A stretch of DNA of 64,000 nucleotides from positions 23,588 through 87,587 of the forward strand of contig CASDRB010000005.1 in assembly GCA_949283025.1 (NCBI GenBank), given 5' to 3'. Position numbers and translations under genes: made by a program. The notes beneath the pieces were generated by a model that saw nothing but the letters and a program-made list of their open reading frames with translations, was not told the origin of the DNA and made no database searches. This stretch comes from an uncultured bacterium. GTDB lineage: Bacteria > Bacillota_I > Bacilli_A > RFN20 > CAG-826. Of this stretch, positions 41,280 to 52,826 are shown one piece after another (position 1 is the stretch's first letter; each line of letters begins with the position of its first letter).

Positions 41280-41996
41280 TTAATCTACAAATAATTCATA
41301 ATTTCGTATTTTTATGCCAAAATTGTCTTCAATAAAGACAATGAGTCGTTTTAAAATTTTCAAAAATGAAGTTTTATCAACGTTTATAATGCAAACATTA
41401 TTTGGATCATTTTTAAAAATATTTCGAATAATTAACAATTCTTGTGAATTGAATGGCCTTTCCATAGAATTTGTCAGGCAGTTTTTGCAAACAAACCCAC
41501 CATCATTAAAAGAAAATGTCACTATGTCTTTTTTTGTCTCACAAAAAACGCATTCGTCTATAGTAAAATCATATCCAGAATTTTTTAAAATGTGGCCGAT
41601 AATATTGAGCAAAGCAAAATAATCACCACCGGTATTATTTTTTATTTTTTTTAATGTCGACACTATGGCATTATATTCTATAATTTTTTCTTGATCTGAT
41701 AAACATTTATTAATCAACTCATTTAGCAGCATAACGCTAGCAAGCGAATTTAAACTTCCAAATAATTCCATTGGTGAAAAAATAATAGATGATGCTTTTA
41801 AAATTAAATAATTTGATTTGCTGTTATCACTTAATTCAATATCAGCTATTGTCATTGGATTATTTAAACTGGCGTTTTTGCTTTTGGCTGACAAAATACC
41901 TTTTGCTAAAATTGAAAAAACACCACTATTATTAAACCCGTTTATGATGGCATCTTTTTCTTTATAAGGCGTGATATGAGTAATTAATAATTCCAT
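41280..41996 (-). CDS. recO: DNA repair protein RecO
   Basis: 238 aa. C-terminal Zn motif CVFC..CKNC. Conserved era-recO order. Confidence 0.75.
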   Translation of the reverse strand: MELLITHITPYKEKDAIINGFNNSGVFSILAKGILSAKSKNASLNNPMTIADIELSDNSKSNYLILKASSIIFSPMELFGSLNSLASVMLLNELINKCLSDQEKIIEYNAIVSTLKKIKNNTGGDYFALLNIIGHILKNSGYDFTIDECVFCETKKDIVTFSFNDGGFVCKNCLTNSMERPFNSQELLIIRNIFKNDPNNVCIINVDKTSFLKILKRLIVFIEDNFGIKIRNYELFVD

Positions 41997-42002
41997 TGGT
42001 TC

Positions 42003-42887
42003 TTAATTGTTTTGTTTGAGATAGCCAAACGACTTTAATAACGAGTTTTTATTTCTCCAGTCAGATTCGACTTTCACATATAAATTCAAAATAACATGAG
42101 CATTTTCAATTTTTTCTATATCTTTTCTCGCCAGAGTTCCAATTTTTTTAATCATTTGACCATTTTTCCCAATTACAATTCCTTTTTGAGATGGTTTTTC
42201 GACGATGATGGATGCATGTATTTCAATTTGCTTTTTTTGTTCTTTATAAGAATCTATTTCAACAGCAAGACAATGCGGAACTTCTTTATCTAACAAAAGC
42301 AATGTTTTTTCTCGAATAATTTCTTTTGCCTGAAATCTCATGTCACGATCGGACAATTGGTCATCAGGATAATACAATGGTCCTTCTGGCAAGACATCAA
42401 TTATTTGATTTAATAACTCATCTATATTAAATTTTTCGATAGCGACAGTTTCGATAATTTTAGCTTGAGGATAAATTTCCTTATATTTAGTTTTTAACTT
42501 ATCAATTTTGATAACATCAGTTGTGTCAATTTTGTTAAAAACCAAAAAAAGCGGAACAGAAACATCAATATGTTCAATCACAAATTCATCGCCGCTGCCA
42601 AAAATTTGTCCACTATCTATAACCAATATTACAGCGTCAACATCTTTAGAAGCAGAATATGCCATTGCGTTCATTTCTTGACCTAATCTTTGAAAAGGTT
42701 TATGAATTCCTGGCGTATCGACAAAAATGATTTGGACGTCATCAGTAGTATATATTCCTTTAATATTGTTTCTTGTCGTCTGACTTTTATCGGTTACGAT
42801 TGATATTTTTGTTCCTAATATCGCATTAATTAATGTCGACTTCCCTACATTTGGTCGACCTATTACCGCTACAAATCCTGATTTCAT
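42003..42887 (-). CDS. era: GTPase Era
   Basis: G1 GRPNVGKST, G3 DTPG, G4 NKID, C-terminal KH domain. Confidence 0.9.
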   Translation of the reverse strand: MKSGFVAVIGRPNVGKSTLINAILGTKISIVTDKSQTTRNNIKGIYTTDDVQIIFVDTPGIHKPFQRLGQEMNAMAYSASKDVDAVILVIDSGQIFGSGDEFVIEHIDVSVPLFLVFNKIDTTDVIKIDKLKTKYKEIYPQAKIIETVAIEKFNIDELLNQIIDVLPEGPLYYPDDQLSDRDMRFQAKEIIREKTLLLLDKEVPHCLAVEIDSYKEQKKQIEIHASIIVEKPSQKGIVIGKNGQMIKKIGTLARKDIEKIENAHVILNLYVKVESDWRNKNSLLKSFGYLKQNN

Positions 42888-42890
42888 AAA

Positions 42891-43292
42891 TTATTTCAAA
42901 TCATCCTTGTTAAAAGCAAACGGGAGAAGTTGATCAACGCTAACTTCTTTTATATCTCCATTGTCATTGGCCATAATAATTAGCGCATCTTTAGGCATCA
43001 ATTCAGAAATGACTTGTCGGCATGCACCACAAGGCGAACACGGGGTTGGAGAATTTGCAATTAAAGCCAAACAAACAAAATCATCCTTAGTTTTGCCATG
43101 AAGCATTGCATTGAAAATAGCATTTCGTTCCGCGCACATGCACAATGGATATGAGGCATTTTCAATGTTTGCACCTAAAAATTCACTGCCATCTTTACAT
43201 AACAAAACAGCACCTACAGCAAATTTTGAATAAGGTGAATAAGATAATTCCCTAGCTTGTTTTGCTTTTTTAATCAATTGAATACGATCCAT
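42891..43292 (-). CDS. cdd: cytidine deaminase
   Basis: CAERNAI and PCGACRQ zinc-binding motifs. 133 aa. Confidence 0.88.
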   Translation of the reverse strand: MDRIQLIKKAKQARELSYSPYSKFAVGAVLLCKDGSEFLGANIENASYPLCMCAERNAIFNAMLHGKTKDDFVCLALIANSPTPCSPCGACRQVISELMPKDALIIMANDNGDIKEVSVDQLLPFAFNKDDLK

Positions 43293-43752
43293 AATTACTC
43301 CTTTTTACCAATGATAAAATCGTTTCTTGCAAAGGAAACATAATCTCTTCTTGCTCTTTGCTCATATGATCATAGCCAAATAGATGCAATAAACCATGCA
43401 CAAAAAGAAACGATATTTCTCGCTCAAAAGAATGATTATATTCTTGAGCTTGCGTCATTGCTTTTTCATATGAAATATAAATTTCCCCAAGAACGACATT
43501 ACCTTTACGATGCAAAACTTGGTCAAAATCATTGCACCCATCTAAAAACGCGAAAGATATAACATCTGTTTCTTTATCGATATGTCGATATTGATTATTG
43601 ATTTTTTGAATAAATTCATTGTCAACAATCGTTATTGAAACAATCGGATTTGCTTTGATTTTTAAATATTTGATACTAGTTTTTAAAATCTCAGCAAATA
43701 AACCCTCGTATTTTTCGTATTCTTTTTTAAAAGAAGTAAAATCCAGTTCCAT
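43270..43752 (-). CDS. ybeY: rRNA maturation endoribonuclease YbeY
   Basis: HGLLHLFGYDH metal-binding motif. 160 aa. Confidence 0.88.
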   Translation of the reverse strand: MELDFTSFKKEYEKYEGLFAEILKTSIKYLKIKANPIVSITIVDNEFIQKINNQYRHIDKETDVISFAFLDGCNDFDQVLHRKGNVVLGEIYISYEKAMTQAQEYNHSFEREISFLFVHGLLHLFGYDHMSKEQEEIMFPLQETILSLVKRSNYGSYSID

Positions 43753-43777
43753 TCTCGGGATTTAATTTTAACATATG

Positions 43778-44986
43778 TTAATCCAAAAAGTTAGGTTTTT
43801 TTAATTTTACTAAATTAATTATCATGCATCGCAAAGACTTTAACTCATTTGTTTTTTCTAAAAAAGAAAATAAAGCGACCAAACTATTTTCTAAATAATA
43901 AAATGAGATAGTGTATAACAATAAATTTATGAAATTCACATTTTCAAATGCATATGTTGTAAAAAAGGCTAAACAAAAAGCAATTAATATCACAACCGCT
44001 TTTTTAAAGATAAATATTCTTCCATATTCATAAGCTTTGTCGTTAGCGTTTATTAAATCTTGAACTTTATCTTTAAAAATTGCTTTTTTATTAGAAATTT
44101 CATTTTCGCTATTAGCAATCCTATGCTTAATTTTTTTCATTAATGACGAAAATAACAAAACATCAAAACATGCAACAATTATCAAAACTATTACATTAAC
44201 AAAATTAAAGCTTGAATTTAAAATAACAACAACAATTAAAAATAGACTTAAAATTGACGAATAACATACATCAGAAATATGCGTCACTTCTTTATGTTTA
44301 AAAGTAGCAAACAAAGAGGTAAACTGATTAAAATTATCATCTATTCTTTCTATATTTTGCAATATATCTTCATCCATTTTTTTCATTGTTTTTAACATTG
44401 TTATGCGATAAAAAATTTCTGATATAAAAGCGATTAAAAGCATTCCTACAGAAATAAAAATTTTTTGTTTATTATCTATATAAAAAACGCCTAAAATTCC
44501 ACTAATTAATGATAAAACACGCAAAATTATCGGTATAAGTTGTTTTTTTATGTCAAGTTTATATGGTTTCGTTTTTTCAATTTCTAATGGTTCAAAATTA
44601 TCAACTTTTAAAATATTGCCATCCCACAAATTACAAAATTTTTTAAAAGTAATTTGATAGTTTCCTTTTTCTGGATCTTGAATATATACCGTTCCAAATT
44701 TAATCTTTTTAACAATGACTAAATGTTTTCCTTGATTTACTGATAAAGACGCCAGCAACCATTTATTTTTCTCATTTTTAATTTCTTGTTTTTGTTGGTA
44801 GTGATAACCATTTAATGTTGCCCCGTATTTTTTTGCAATCAATATTAAATCTTGAAACGAATAATTGCCATGTTTTAAATTTTGCTTTATGTATAAAAAC
44901 GATTCGTCTTTATATAATTGAGCAATAACCATTTTCAAACAAGCAAATCCACAATCATCATTTTGTAATTGATATATAAAATACAT
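43778..44986 (-). CDS. peptidase C39 domain fused to an ABC-exporter-like transmembrane domain, no ATPase domain
   Basis: QNDDCGFACLKM (Cys), HLVIV (His) and DPEKG (Asp) triad, then about 6 TM helices with ABC-TMD-like spacing. AAGGAG SD before MYFIYQ. No NBD in the gene or either neighbour. Confidence 0.65.
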   Translation of the reverse strand: MYFIYQLQNDDCGFACLKMVIAQLYKDESFLYIKQNLKHGNYSFQDLILIAKKYGATLNGYHYQQKQEIKNEKNKWLLASLSVNQGKHLVIVKKIKFGTVYIQDPEKGNYQITFKKFCNLWDGNILKVDNFEPLEIEKTKPYKLDIKKQLIPIILRVLSLISGILGVFYIDNKQKIFISVGMLLIAFISEIFYRITMLKTMKKMDEDILQNIERIDDNFNQFTSLFATFKHKEVTHISDVCYSSILSLFLIVVVILNSSFNFVNVIVLIIVACFDVLLFSSLMKKIKHRIANSENEISNKKAIFKDKVQDLINANDKAYEYGRIFIFKKAVVILIAFCLAFFTTYAFENVNFINLLLYTISFYYLENSLVALFSFLEKTNELKSLRCMIINLVKLKKPNFLD

Positions 44987-45071
44987 AAATTTCTCCTTTA
45001 TATTAATAGGGAGAAATTGCTTTAAAATTCTAAAAAAGCCTAACATTAATTGTTAGGCAAATATAATGAAT

Positions 45072-46202
45072 CTATTTCTTTTTCGATTTGTTAGAACCAC
45101 TTTTAGTTCTAAATTCTTTTAATTGTTTGAGAAGTTCTTTTTCTTCTTTTTTCAATGAGGTGAGAACTTCAATTTTAACATTGACATATTGATCGCCTGG
45201 TTTTTGGGTTTTTAAGTCTTTAACTCCATACCCGCGCATCCTTAGTGTTGTATTTGGCTGCGTTCCGCTTGGGATAGATAATGTTTTAGTGCCGTATACG
45301 GTAGGAACTTCAATATCAATTCCTAAAGCGGCATCAACCATCGATAATGGTAAATCAATATATATATCATTTCCTTTTCTTGTGAAAACGTTGTGCGGTT
45401 TAACAACAATTTCTATATATAAATCTCCATTGGGCCCACCGTTTCTTCCCCTTTCGCCCTTTTGATTAACACGAATCTGTTGACCATTGTTGATTCCAGC
45501 AGGTATATGGATTTTTAAATCAGTTTTAGTTTTTACATAGCCCTTGCCACCACAGTTAGAACATGGATTAGTGACAATTTTTCCGCGTCCGCCACAAGTC
45601 GGACAGACTTCCTGAGATTCGACTACACCAAACAACGATCTTTTTTGTGTTCTAATATAGCCCCTTCCTCCGCATTGCGTACATGTTTTGATATCATTTG
45701 GAGTTTTTGCACCGGTTCCGCCACAAGTCGGACACGGGGCATCATAAGTGTAAGGAATACTGACATCTTTGCCAGATATTGTATCCATGAAATCGACACT
45801 TAAACGCATGATAACATCGCTTCCGCGTGTCGGGCCATTATTAGCGCTTCTTCTAGCTGATCCTCCACCAAAAAACGATGAAAAAATATCGCCTAAATCT
45901 ATTCCTTCGTCTCCGAATGGATTTCCTCCGCCAAAACCACCACCAAATGGGTTTCCTTGACCAGGATTTGCACCAGCTTGATCAAATGCGGCATGTCCAA
46001 ATCGATCATACGCAGCACGTTTTTGATCGTCATATAAGATATCATAAGCTTCTTGAACTTCCTTAAAGCTTTTCTCGTTTCCTGTTTCTTTATTGTCGGG
46101 ATGATATTTTTTAGCGAGCTTTCGATAAGCAGATTTAATTTCGTCTTTTGAGGCCGACTTACTAAGACCTAATATTTCATAATAATCTCGTTTATTAGCC
46201 AT
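45072..46202 (-). CDS. dnaJ: molecular chaperone DnaJ
   Basis: J domain (HPD), G/F region, four CxxCxGxG repeats. Confidence 0.92.
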   Translation of the reverse strand: MANKRDYYEILGLSKSASKDEIKSAYRKLAKKYHPDNKETGNEKSFKEVQEAYDILYDDQKRAAYDRFGHAAFDQAGANPGQGNPFGGGFGGGNPFGDEGIDLGDIFSSFFGGGSARRSANNGPTRGSDVIMRLSVDFMDTISGKDVSIPYTYDAPCPTCGGTGAKTPNDIKTCTQCGGRGYIRTQKRSLFGVVESQEVCPTCGGRGKIVTNPCSNCGGKGYVKTKTDLKIHIPAGINNGQQIRVNQKGERGRNGGPNGDLYIEIVVKPHNVFTRKGNDIYIDLPLSMVDAALGIDIEVPTVYGTKTLSIPSGTQPNTTLRMRGYGVKDLKTQKPGDQYVNVKIEVLTSLKKEEKELLKQLKEFRTKSGSNKSKKK

Positions 46203-46222
46203 AGTTGTCTTCTCCTTTCATT

Positions 46223-46251
46223 AAAACCGAAAGGGGCTTTTGCCCCTTTGG
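46223..46251 (-). terminator. dnaK-dnaJ intercistronic hairpin (partial terminator/attenuator)
   Basis: CCAAAGGGGC-AAAA-GCCCCTTTCGG stem-loop followed by TTTT on the minus strand. Confidence 0.55.
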
Positions 46252-46262
46252 TCATTTTTTTA

Positions 46263-48089
<1,827 letters not shown>

Positions 48090-48099
48090 CTAAATTTTA

Positions 48100-48708
48100 T
48101 TATGCTTCTGTATATTCAGAAGCTTCTTTTGAATTTTTATCAGTTTCTTCCTCAACTTTTATTGTTTTTTTAGAAACTATGACATTTGCATGTCTAATGA
48201 TGCGATCGTGGAGTTTAATTCCGATGCAATATACTTGCATCACTTTGTTTTCTTCTTGATCATCGACTTCCACGGTGTCGATTGCATTCATAGTGGAAGC
48301 GTCAAATTTGTCTCCTATTTTTGGACGAATTTCACTGACTCCTTCACTTTGAATGGCAGAAATCATGTTTTTATATATATATTCAAATCCAGTAAGATAA
48401 TTTATTAATGCTGGATCAGTGGGCTTATTTTGCAAAGCCATGTTGAAGCTATCAATAACAGGCAGGAGTTTTTCAATGAACCCTTCACCGCGATATCTCA
48501 GCGCTTGACGATAATCTTTTTCTAAAGATTTTCTTAAATTTTCAGTATCAGCATAAACTCGGTAAAATTCATTTTTCCATTTGGCGGCTTCTTCTTTTAA
48601 GGAAGCGATTTCTTCATCTTTTTTTGCTAATTTTTCTTTGAATGCTTTTTTACTTATAATAGGCGTCGCCTCATTATTTTCTTGTTCTACTTTCTTTTCT
48701 TCATCCAT
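48100..48708 (-). CDS. grpE: nucleotide exchange factor GrpE
   Basis: 202 aa. Coiled-coil N-terminus and GrpE C-terminal domain. Sits between hrcA and dnaK. Confidence 0.88.
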   Translation of the reverse strand: MDEEKKVEQENNEATPIISKKAFKEKLAKKDEEIASLKEEAAKWKNEFYRVYADTENLRKSLEKDYRQALRYRGEGFIEKLLPVIDSFNMALQNKPTDPALINYLTGFEYIYKNMISAIQSEGVSEIRPKIGDKFDASTMNAIDTVEVDDQEENKVMQVYCIGIKLHDRIIRHANVIVSKKTIKVEEETDKNSKEASEYTEA

Positions 48709-49743
48709 TTATTCGCTCTCCTTTTTAAAACGTTCATTAATTTGTGCAATAATGAATTCCAGTGCACTGACCACTGTATCGTAATCCATTCGTTTTGGAC
48801 CAACCAAAGCAATGGTTCCTTCCGGCATATCTCCTATCTTTAATTTTGTAGTGACTATCGAGATATCAGAATTGGCTTTGTCATTTGAAGCACCAATATG
48901 AATGGTTATGTTTCCTTCTTGATAGTCGCTTTCCGAATTCAATGCGGATTTTTTTAATTCGTGTGGCGATTCTAATAATTTAATTACTTTTTTTAAATTT
49001 TCGGCATCGCTAGCAAATTCAGGTTGTTCAAACAATTCATTTTTACCATATAATGACAAACGATCACTAGCAAATTTAACAAACGCCTCAATCATCGCTT
49101 TATATACAACATCATGATTGACGATATAATCATTTAAAACCGGCCTTAATGCTTCGGTTTTTTCAATCAAGTCGCATATTGGCGTACCAACCAAACGATC
49201 ATTAAATAATTGCAAACATTGCTTTAAATCATTAACCGTCGTTTCATCTTGGATAACAAACGTCTTGTTTTGCACAAATCCTTGATTAGTGACAAAAATG
49301 ACGCTGACGCTAGTAGGCGATAAAGGAATGCATTGAATTGATGCTAAACGCTCTTCATTGATATTTGGCCCTAATACAACAGAAGCCAAAGAAGTCATAT
49401 GAGATAAAATTTGGCAAGATGACTTGACGATTTCATCAATAGATTTAGTTTTCTCATCTAAAATTTGATTAACCAATGCTTTAAATGAATCATCAATATC
49501 TTTATCGCGCAAATACTCGCAATAAAATCGATAACCTTCAGAAGATGGGACTCTGCCGCTAGAAGAATGTGTTTTTTCTAAAAAACCAAGTTGTTCCAAA
49601 GCATTCATCTCATTTCGAATCGTGGCAGATGAATATTTTAAATGATATTCATCGATTAAAGTTTGAGATCCGACAGGCTGAGCCGTCTTGACAAAGTGTT
49701 CGACAATTAATTTGAGAATTTGGTCGCGTCTATTCAAAGTCAT
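48709..49743 (-). CDS. hrcA: heat-inducible transcription repressor HrcA
   Basis: N-terminal wHTH (RRDQILKLIVEHFVKTAQPVGSQTL). Start set at ATG 49743; the ORF-track start is a GTG inside CIRCE. Confidence 0.85.
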   Translation of the reverse strand: MTLNRRDQILKLIVEHFVKTAQPVGSQTLIDEYHLKYSSATIRNEMNALEQLGFLEKTHSSSGRVPSSEGYRFYCEYLRDKDIDDSFKALVNQILDEKTKSIDEIVKSSCQILSHMTSLASVVLGPNINEERLASIQCIPLSPTSVSVIFVTNQGFVQNKTFVIQDETTVNDLKQCLQLFNDRLVGTPICDLIEKTEALRPVLNDYIVNHDVVYKAMIEAFVKFASDRLSLYGKNELFEQPEFASDAENLKKVIKLLESPHELKKSALNSESDYQEGNITIHIGASNDKANSDISIVTTKLKIGDMPEGTIALVGPKRMDYDTVVSALEFIIAQINERFKKESE

Positions 49744-49754
49744 TTTCGGTCTTT

Positions 49755-49781
49755 CTGGCACTCACCTTTCCTGAGTGCTAA
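49755..49781. promoter_or_regulatory. CIRCE operator 1 (CTGGCACTC-N9-GAGTGCTAA)
   Basis: 7/9 + 9/9 match to TTAGCACTC-N9-GAGTGCTAA, 12 nt upstream of the hrcA ATG. Confidence 0.8.
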
Positions 49782-49800
49782 CTATATTATATGCATAAAA

Positions 49801-49827
49801 ATAGCACTGTCAACATAAAAGTGCTAA
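49801..49827. promoter_or_regulatory. CIRCE operator 2 (ATAGCACTG-N9-AAGTGCTAA)
   Basis: 7/9 + 8/9 match to the CIRCE consensus, 20 nt upstream of CIRCE 1. Confidence 0.7.
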
Positions 49828-49845
49828 TTTTGTTTAAAATCATTG

Positions 49846-50982
49846 CTATAATCTTGAATAATCGGTTTGATACTTATCAATTTTTAACAAAAGATCTATT
49901 ACAATAGTATCTAAAATCATCATTCCCTCATAAGTTAAATAAACACGATTATTATCTTTTTTCATTAATCCTTTATTTATGTATTTAAAAAATATGTCAC
50001 CACAAACTTGATTTAAATCAAAATTAAATTTATTTGTAAATTCTTTCAAGTCTATTCCTAAATCAGTTCTTAAATTTAACATTATGTAATATTCGATATC
50101 ATCATTAAGATTTATTTTTTCCTTTTCTTTAATAAAATTGAATTGAAGATATTCATTGATACTTTTAGTGTTTTGATACCTAAATCCATCAATATAGCCT
50201 GAGGCTCCTAATCCAATTCCATAATACTCTTTATCGCGCCAATAAATTAAATTATGTTTTGAAAAATAACTAGGCATTGAAAAATTAGATATTTCATAAT
50301 GAATAAAGCCTTTTGAAAGCAAAAAGTTATGCACATAATCATATTGTTGACGACACATATCTTGGCTTGGTTCTTTTATTTTATTGTTATAAAATAATGT
50401 ATGGGGAGAAATTGTGAGTGAATAAGTAGAAATATGTTGAATGTTTAATTTAATCAAATTGTCTAAATCCTTTTTTAACGATTCTAAGTTAGTATTTGGT
50501 AGCCCTAAAATTAAATCGACGTTAATATTGTCAAAGCCTAACTTTTGGCTTTCTTTAACAACGCGAACAACATCGTCAAAATTATGATGACGATTTAAAG
50601 ATAATAAAATTTTGTCATCGCTTGATTCAACTCCAATCGATAGCCGATTCACACCATATTGTTTCAACAATCGCAGTTTTTCTATATTAAGTGTTTCTAC
50701 ATTAGTTTCAAATGTATATTCCATTCCCTTTTTATAATATGGGAACAAGATTTTTAATAAAAAAAGAAGCTGATTTAAATCTAAACTTGTCGGCGTGCCG
50801 CCACCGACATATATAGTTTCAACTTCTTCAATTTGATAAAAGTCCAATTCTTTTTTTAGCACTTGCAAATATTGGCTAGCTAAATTAGAAAAATATTGCA
50901 TTTTGCAAAAATCGCAATATGCGCAAATATGTTGACAAAAGGGAATATGGATGTATAAACCTCGATGATTATTTTTCTTCAT
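49846..50982 (-). CDS. hemW: radical SAM heme chaperone HemW (HemN-like, oxygen-independent coproporphyrinogen oxidase family)
   Basis: CQHICAYCDFC radical-SAM motif. lepA-hemW-hrcA neighbourhood as in Bacillus. Confidence 0.85.
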   Translation of the reverse strand: MKKNNHRGLYIHIPFCQHICAYCDFCKMQYFSNLASQYLQVLKKELDFYQIEEVETIYVGGGTPTSLDLNQLLFLLKILFPYYKKGMEYTFETNVETLNIEKLRLLKQYGVNRLSIGVESSDDKILLSLNRHHNFDDVVRVVKESQKLGFDNINVDLILGLPNTNLESLKKDLDNLIKLNIQHISTYSLTISPHTLFYNNKIKEPSQDMCRQQYDYVHNFLLSKGFIHYEISNFSMPSYFSKHNLIYWRDKEYYGIGLGASGYIDGFRYQNTKSINEYLQFNFIKEKEKINLNDDIEYYIMLNLRTDLGIDLKEFTNKFNFDLNQVCGDIFFKYINKGLMKKDNNRVYLTYEGMMILDTIVIDLLLKIDKYQTDYSRL

Positions 50983-51217
50983 CTTCTGGTGATTTGTATT
51001 CGCTGATATCCTTAGCTATTTTTTCATCATCGACCGGTTCTAAAACACGATCTAATTCTTCTTTTAAAGCTTGATTTTCATCAATTTTTGGTTTGTCTTT
51101 TAATTTTGGATGAGTTAGACGATATATAATAAACGTTATTAAAGCGATAACGGCAGCTATGCCGATAATAATAAGCAATATAATTCCAGAATTTTCTAAA
51201 AGATTGGCTAATAACAT
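50969..51217 (-). CDS. small single-pass membrane protein with acidic C-terminus
   Basis: 82 aa. One TM helix (IILLIIIGIAAVIALITFII), then a charged tail. Tightly packed between the Fic-fold gene and hemW. Confidence 0.45.
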   Translation of the reverse strand: MLLANLLENSGIILLIIIGIAAVIALITFIIYRLTHPKLKDKPKIDENQALKEELDRVLEPVDDEKIAKDISEYKSPEDEEK

Positions 51218-51228
51218 ATTCTGTTCCT

Positions 51229-52713
51229 CTACTTTCTTTTTATGGGCGTATATACTTTTTTATTTTTTACCATCTCTTGACGATAATACCCCAAACGTGC
51301 CAATGTGTCCATAGAAGTTCTTGCAGTTTCATAAGCGCTGCCAACTTCTTTTTTAAATTGTTGAATTGTATAACGCTTCCCCATCGTGCAATGTCTAGCG
51401 TAAAAATACGCTTGACTTCTTGTTAATTCTGGGTCGCTTTCTAAAAGATGCTCTTCTAATCTTGCTGCTTCTTTTTCATCTAAAACCGGTGGCAAGGATG
51501 AAATAGCTAAGCCGCTGTATTCCTTATCTAATTCAATTTTTTGTTCTTCTTGAGGTTGAATTTTTATTGATTCTTTTTCGTTATTAACATTTTCTTGTTT
51601 AATTATTTTTTCTTGTTTTAAATCGCATTCATCAATTTCTTTAACAGAATCTAATTTTTCATTTTCATGATAATATGGCGATTTTTTTGCCTCTTGTTTG
51701 GCTTCAAAATAATATTCTTCCTTTAATGAAATAGCTTGTAAATTATTCATGCGGCTAATTTCTTTTTCAATACATTCATTAAAAAGATGAATAAATAATT
51801 TTAACATATAAGTTAAATCATTAGTTTTTTGCACTTCGATACAAACTTTTTCGACTCTTTCTTTTAAATCAGACAAAAGTCTTTCTAAATTTAAAGTAAA
51901 AGCTACGTCACCAACTTCGCTTTTTGCAATGACGGCCTTTGTTAATAATAACGCCAATTCTTCATTGTAAGCAAAAAATGGTTTGACATAATTAAAATAA
52001 TAAAACACTGCACAAGCTTTTATTGTTACACCACATTGTGATTCATTAATGAATTTTATTAATAAATTCATCATAGGAACAATAGCGTATACTGGTGCAG
52101 ATTCATAAATTCGATCGATAATAAATCGATTTCCTGGATTGTCAAAATTTGTATCTCTATATAATTGCGTCAATTCTGTATCATTAGAGATAATAGAATA
52201 TAGATTTGCTAAATAATCTTCATCAATAATATCCCCCATATGGGTTTTAACATAATCTAAACCATCTAAATAGCAGGATAAAATGTTGAGTTGTTCATCA
52301 TCAACTTTAATTTTTTTTGCAATTAGCATTCTTAAATATTTTTCATCGACATCTAAATTGTTTTTTTTAGCAACGCTACTTAAACACTCAATTAAAGCAG
52401 TCTGCACATAAATATTCTTATCATTGGTATCGACACTTAAATCATTATATTTTTTTATTAAATTTACTAATTTGATTTCAACATTATTTATTTCTTCAGA
52501 AATTGTAGGAGAAAGACAATAAGATAAAAATGTGGTTCGATCAACTGCACTCAAATTTAAGTTATGAGCAAATTCAGATCGATATTTCAAAATATTTTTC
52601 CAAAAGCTATCAATTAAAGGCGTTTTTAATTCATGTGCCACTTCAGCTTTTGTGGCGTATGTGTTTTCTGTAAAACGAATTGCAATATTAGTATTATTAT
52701 AGGCCATAAACAT
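51229..52713 (-). CDS. Fic-fold protein with degenerate active-site motif and C-terminal wHTH (function unknown)
   Basis: GNRFIIDRIYESAPVYAIVPMMNLLIKFIN..IKACAVFYYFNYVKPFFAYNEELALLL follows the Fic core pattern, but KPFFAYNEE replaces HPFxDGNGR. The C-terminus looks like a Fic-type wHTH (YETARTSMDTLARLGYY). Confidence 0.5.
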   Translation of the reverse strand: MFMAYNNTNIAIRFTENTYATKAEVAHELKTPLIDSFWKNILKYRSEFAHNLNLSAVDRTTFLSYCLSPTISEEINNVEIKLVNLIKKYNDLSVDTNDKNIYVQTALIECLSSVAKKNNLDVDEKYLRMLIAKKIKVDDEQLNILSCYLDGLDYVKTHMGDIIDEDYLANLYSIISNDTELTQLYRDTNFDNPGNRFIIDRIYESAPVYAIVPMMNLLIKFINESQCGVTIKACAVFYYFNYVKPFFAYNEELALLLTKAVIAKSEVGDVAFTLNLERLLSDLKERVEKVCIEVQKTNDLTYMLKLFIHLFNECIEKEISRMNNLQAISLKEEYYFEAKQEAKKSPYYHENEKLDSVKEIDECDLKQEKIIKQENVNNEKESIKIQPQEEQKIELDKEYSGLAISSLPPVLDEKEAARLEEHLLESDPELTRSQAYFYARHCTMGKRYTIQQFKKEVGSAYETARTSMDTLARLGYYRQEMVKNKKVYTPIKRK

Positions 52714-52761
52714 TTCTCCTTTCTTTTATTATATAAAAAGAAATTAGTGATGACAATTAAA

Positions 52762-52782
52762 ATACTAAAAAACTACTAATTT
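52762..52782 (-). repeat. intergenic TAGTA-N7-TAGTA motif copy C (minus-strand reading ATTAGTAGTTTTTTAGTAT)
   Basis: Lies between the lepA stop and the -35 of the downstream gene. Identical 17-mer to copy B. Confidence 0.5.
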
Positions 52783-52795
52783 TATTCAAATCAAA

Positions 52796-52826
52796 AAAAT
52801 AAACAAGTATAATTCTTGCTTATTTT
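52796..52826 (-). terminator. weak AT-rich hairpin at the lepA stop codon
   Basis: AAAATAAACAAG..CTTGCTTATTTT stem (11 bp, one mismatch), T-rich sequence downstream. Confidence 0.3.
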
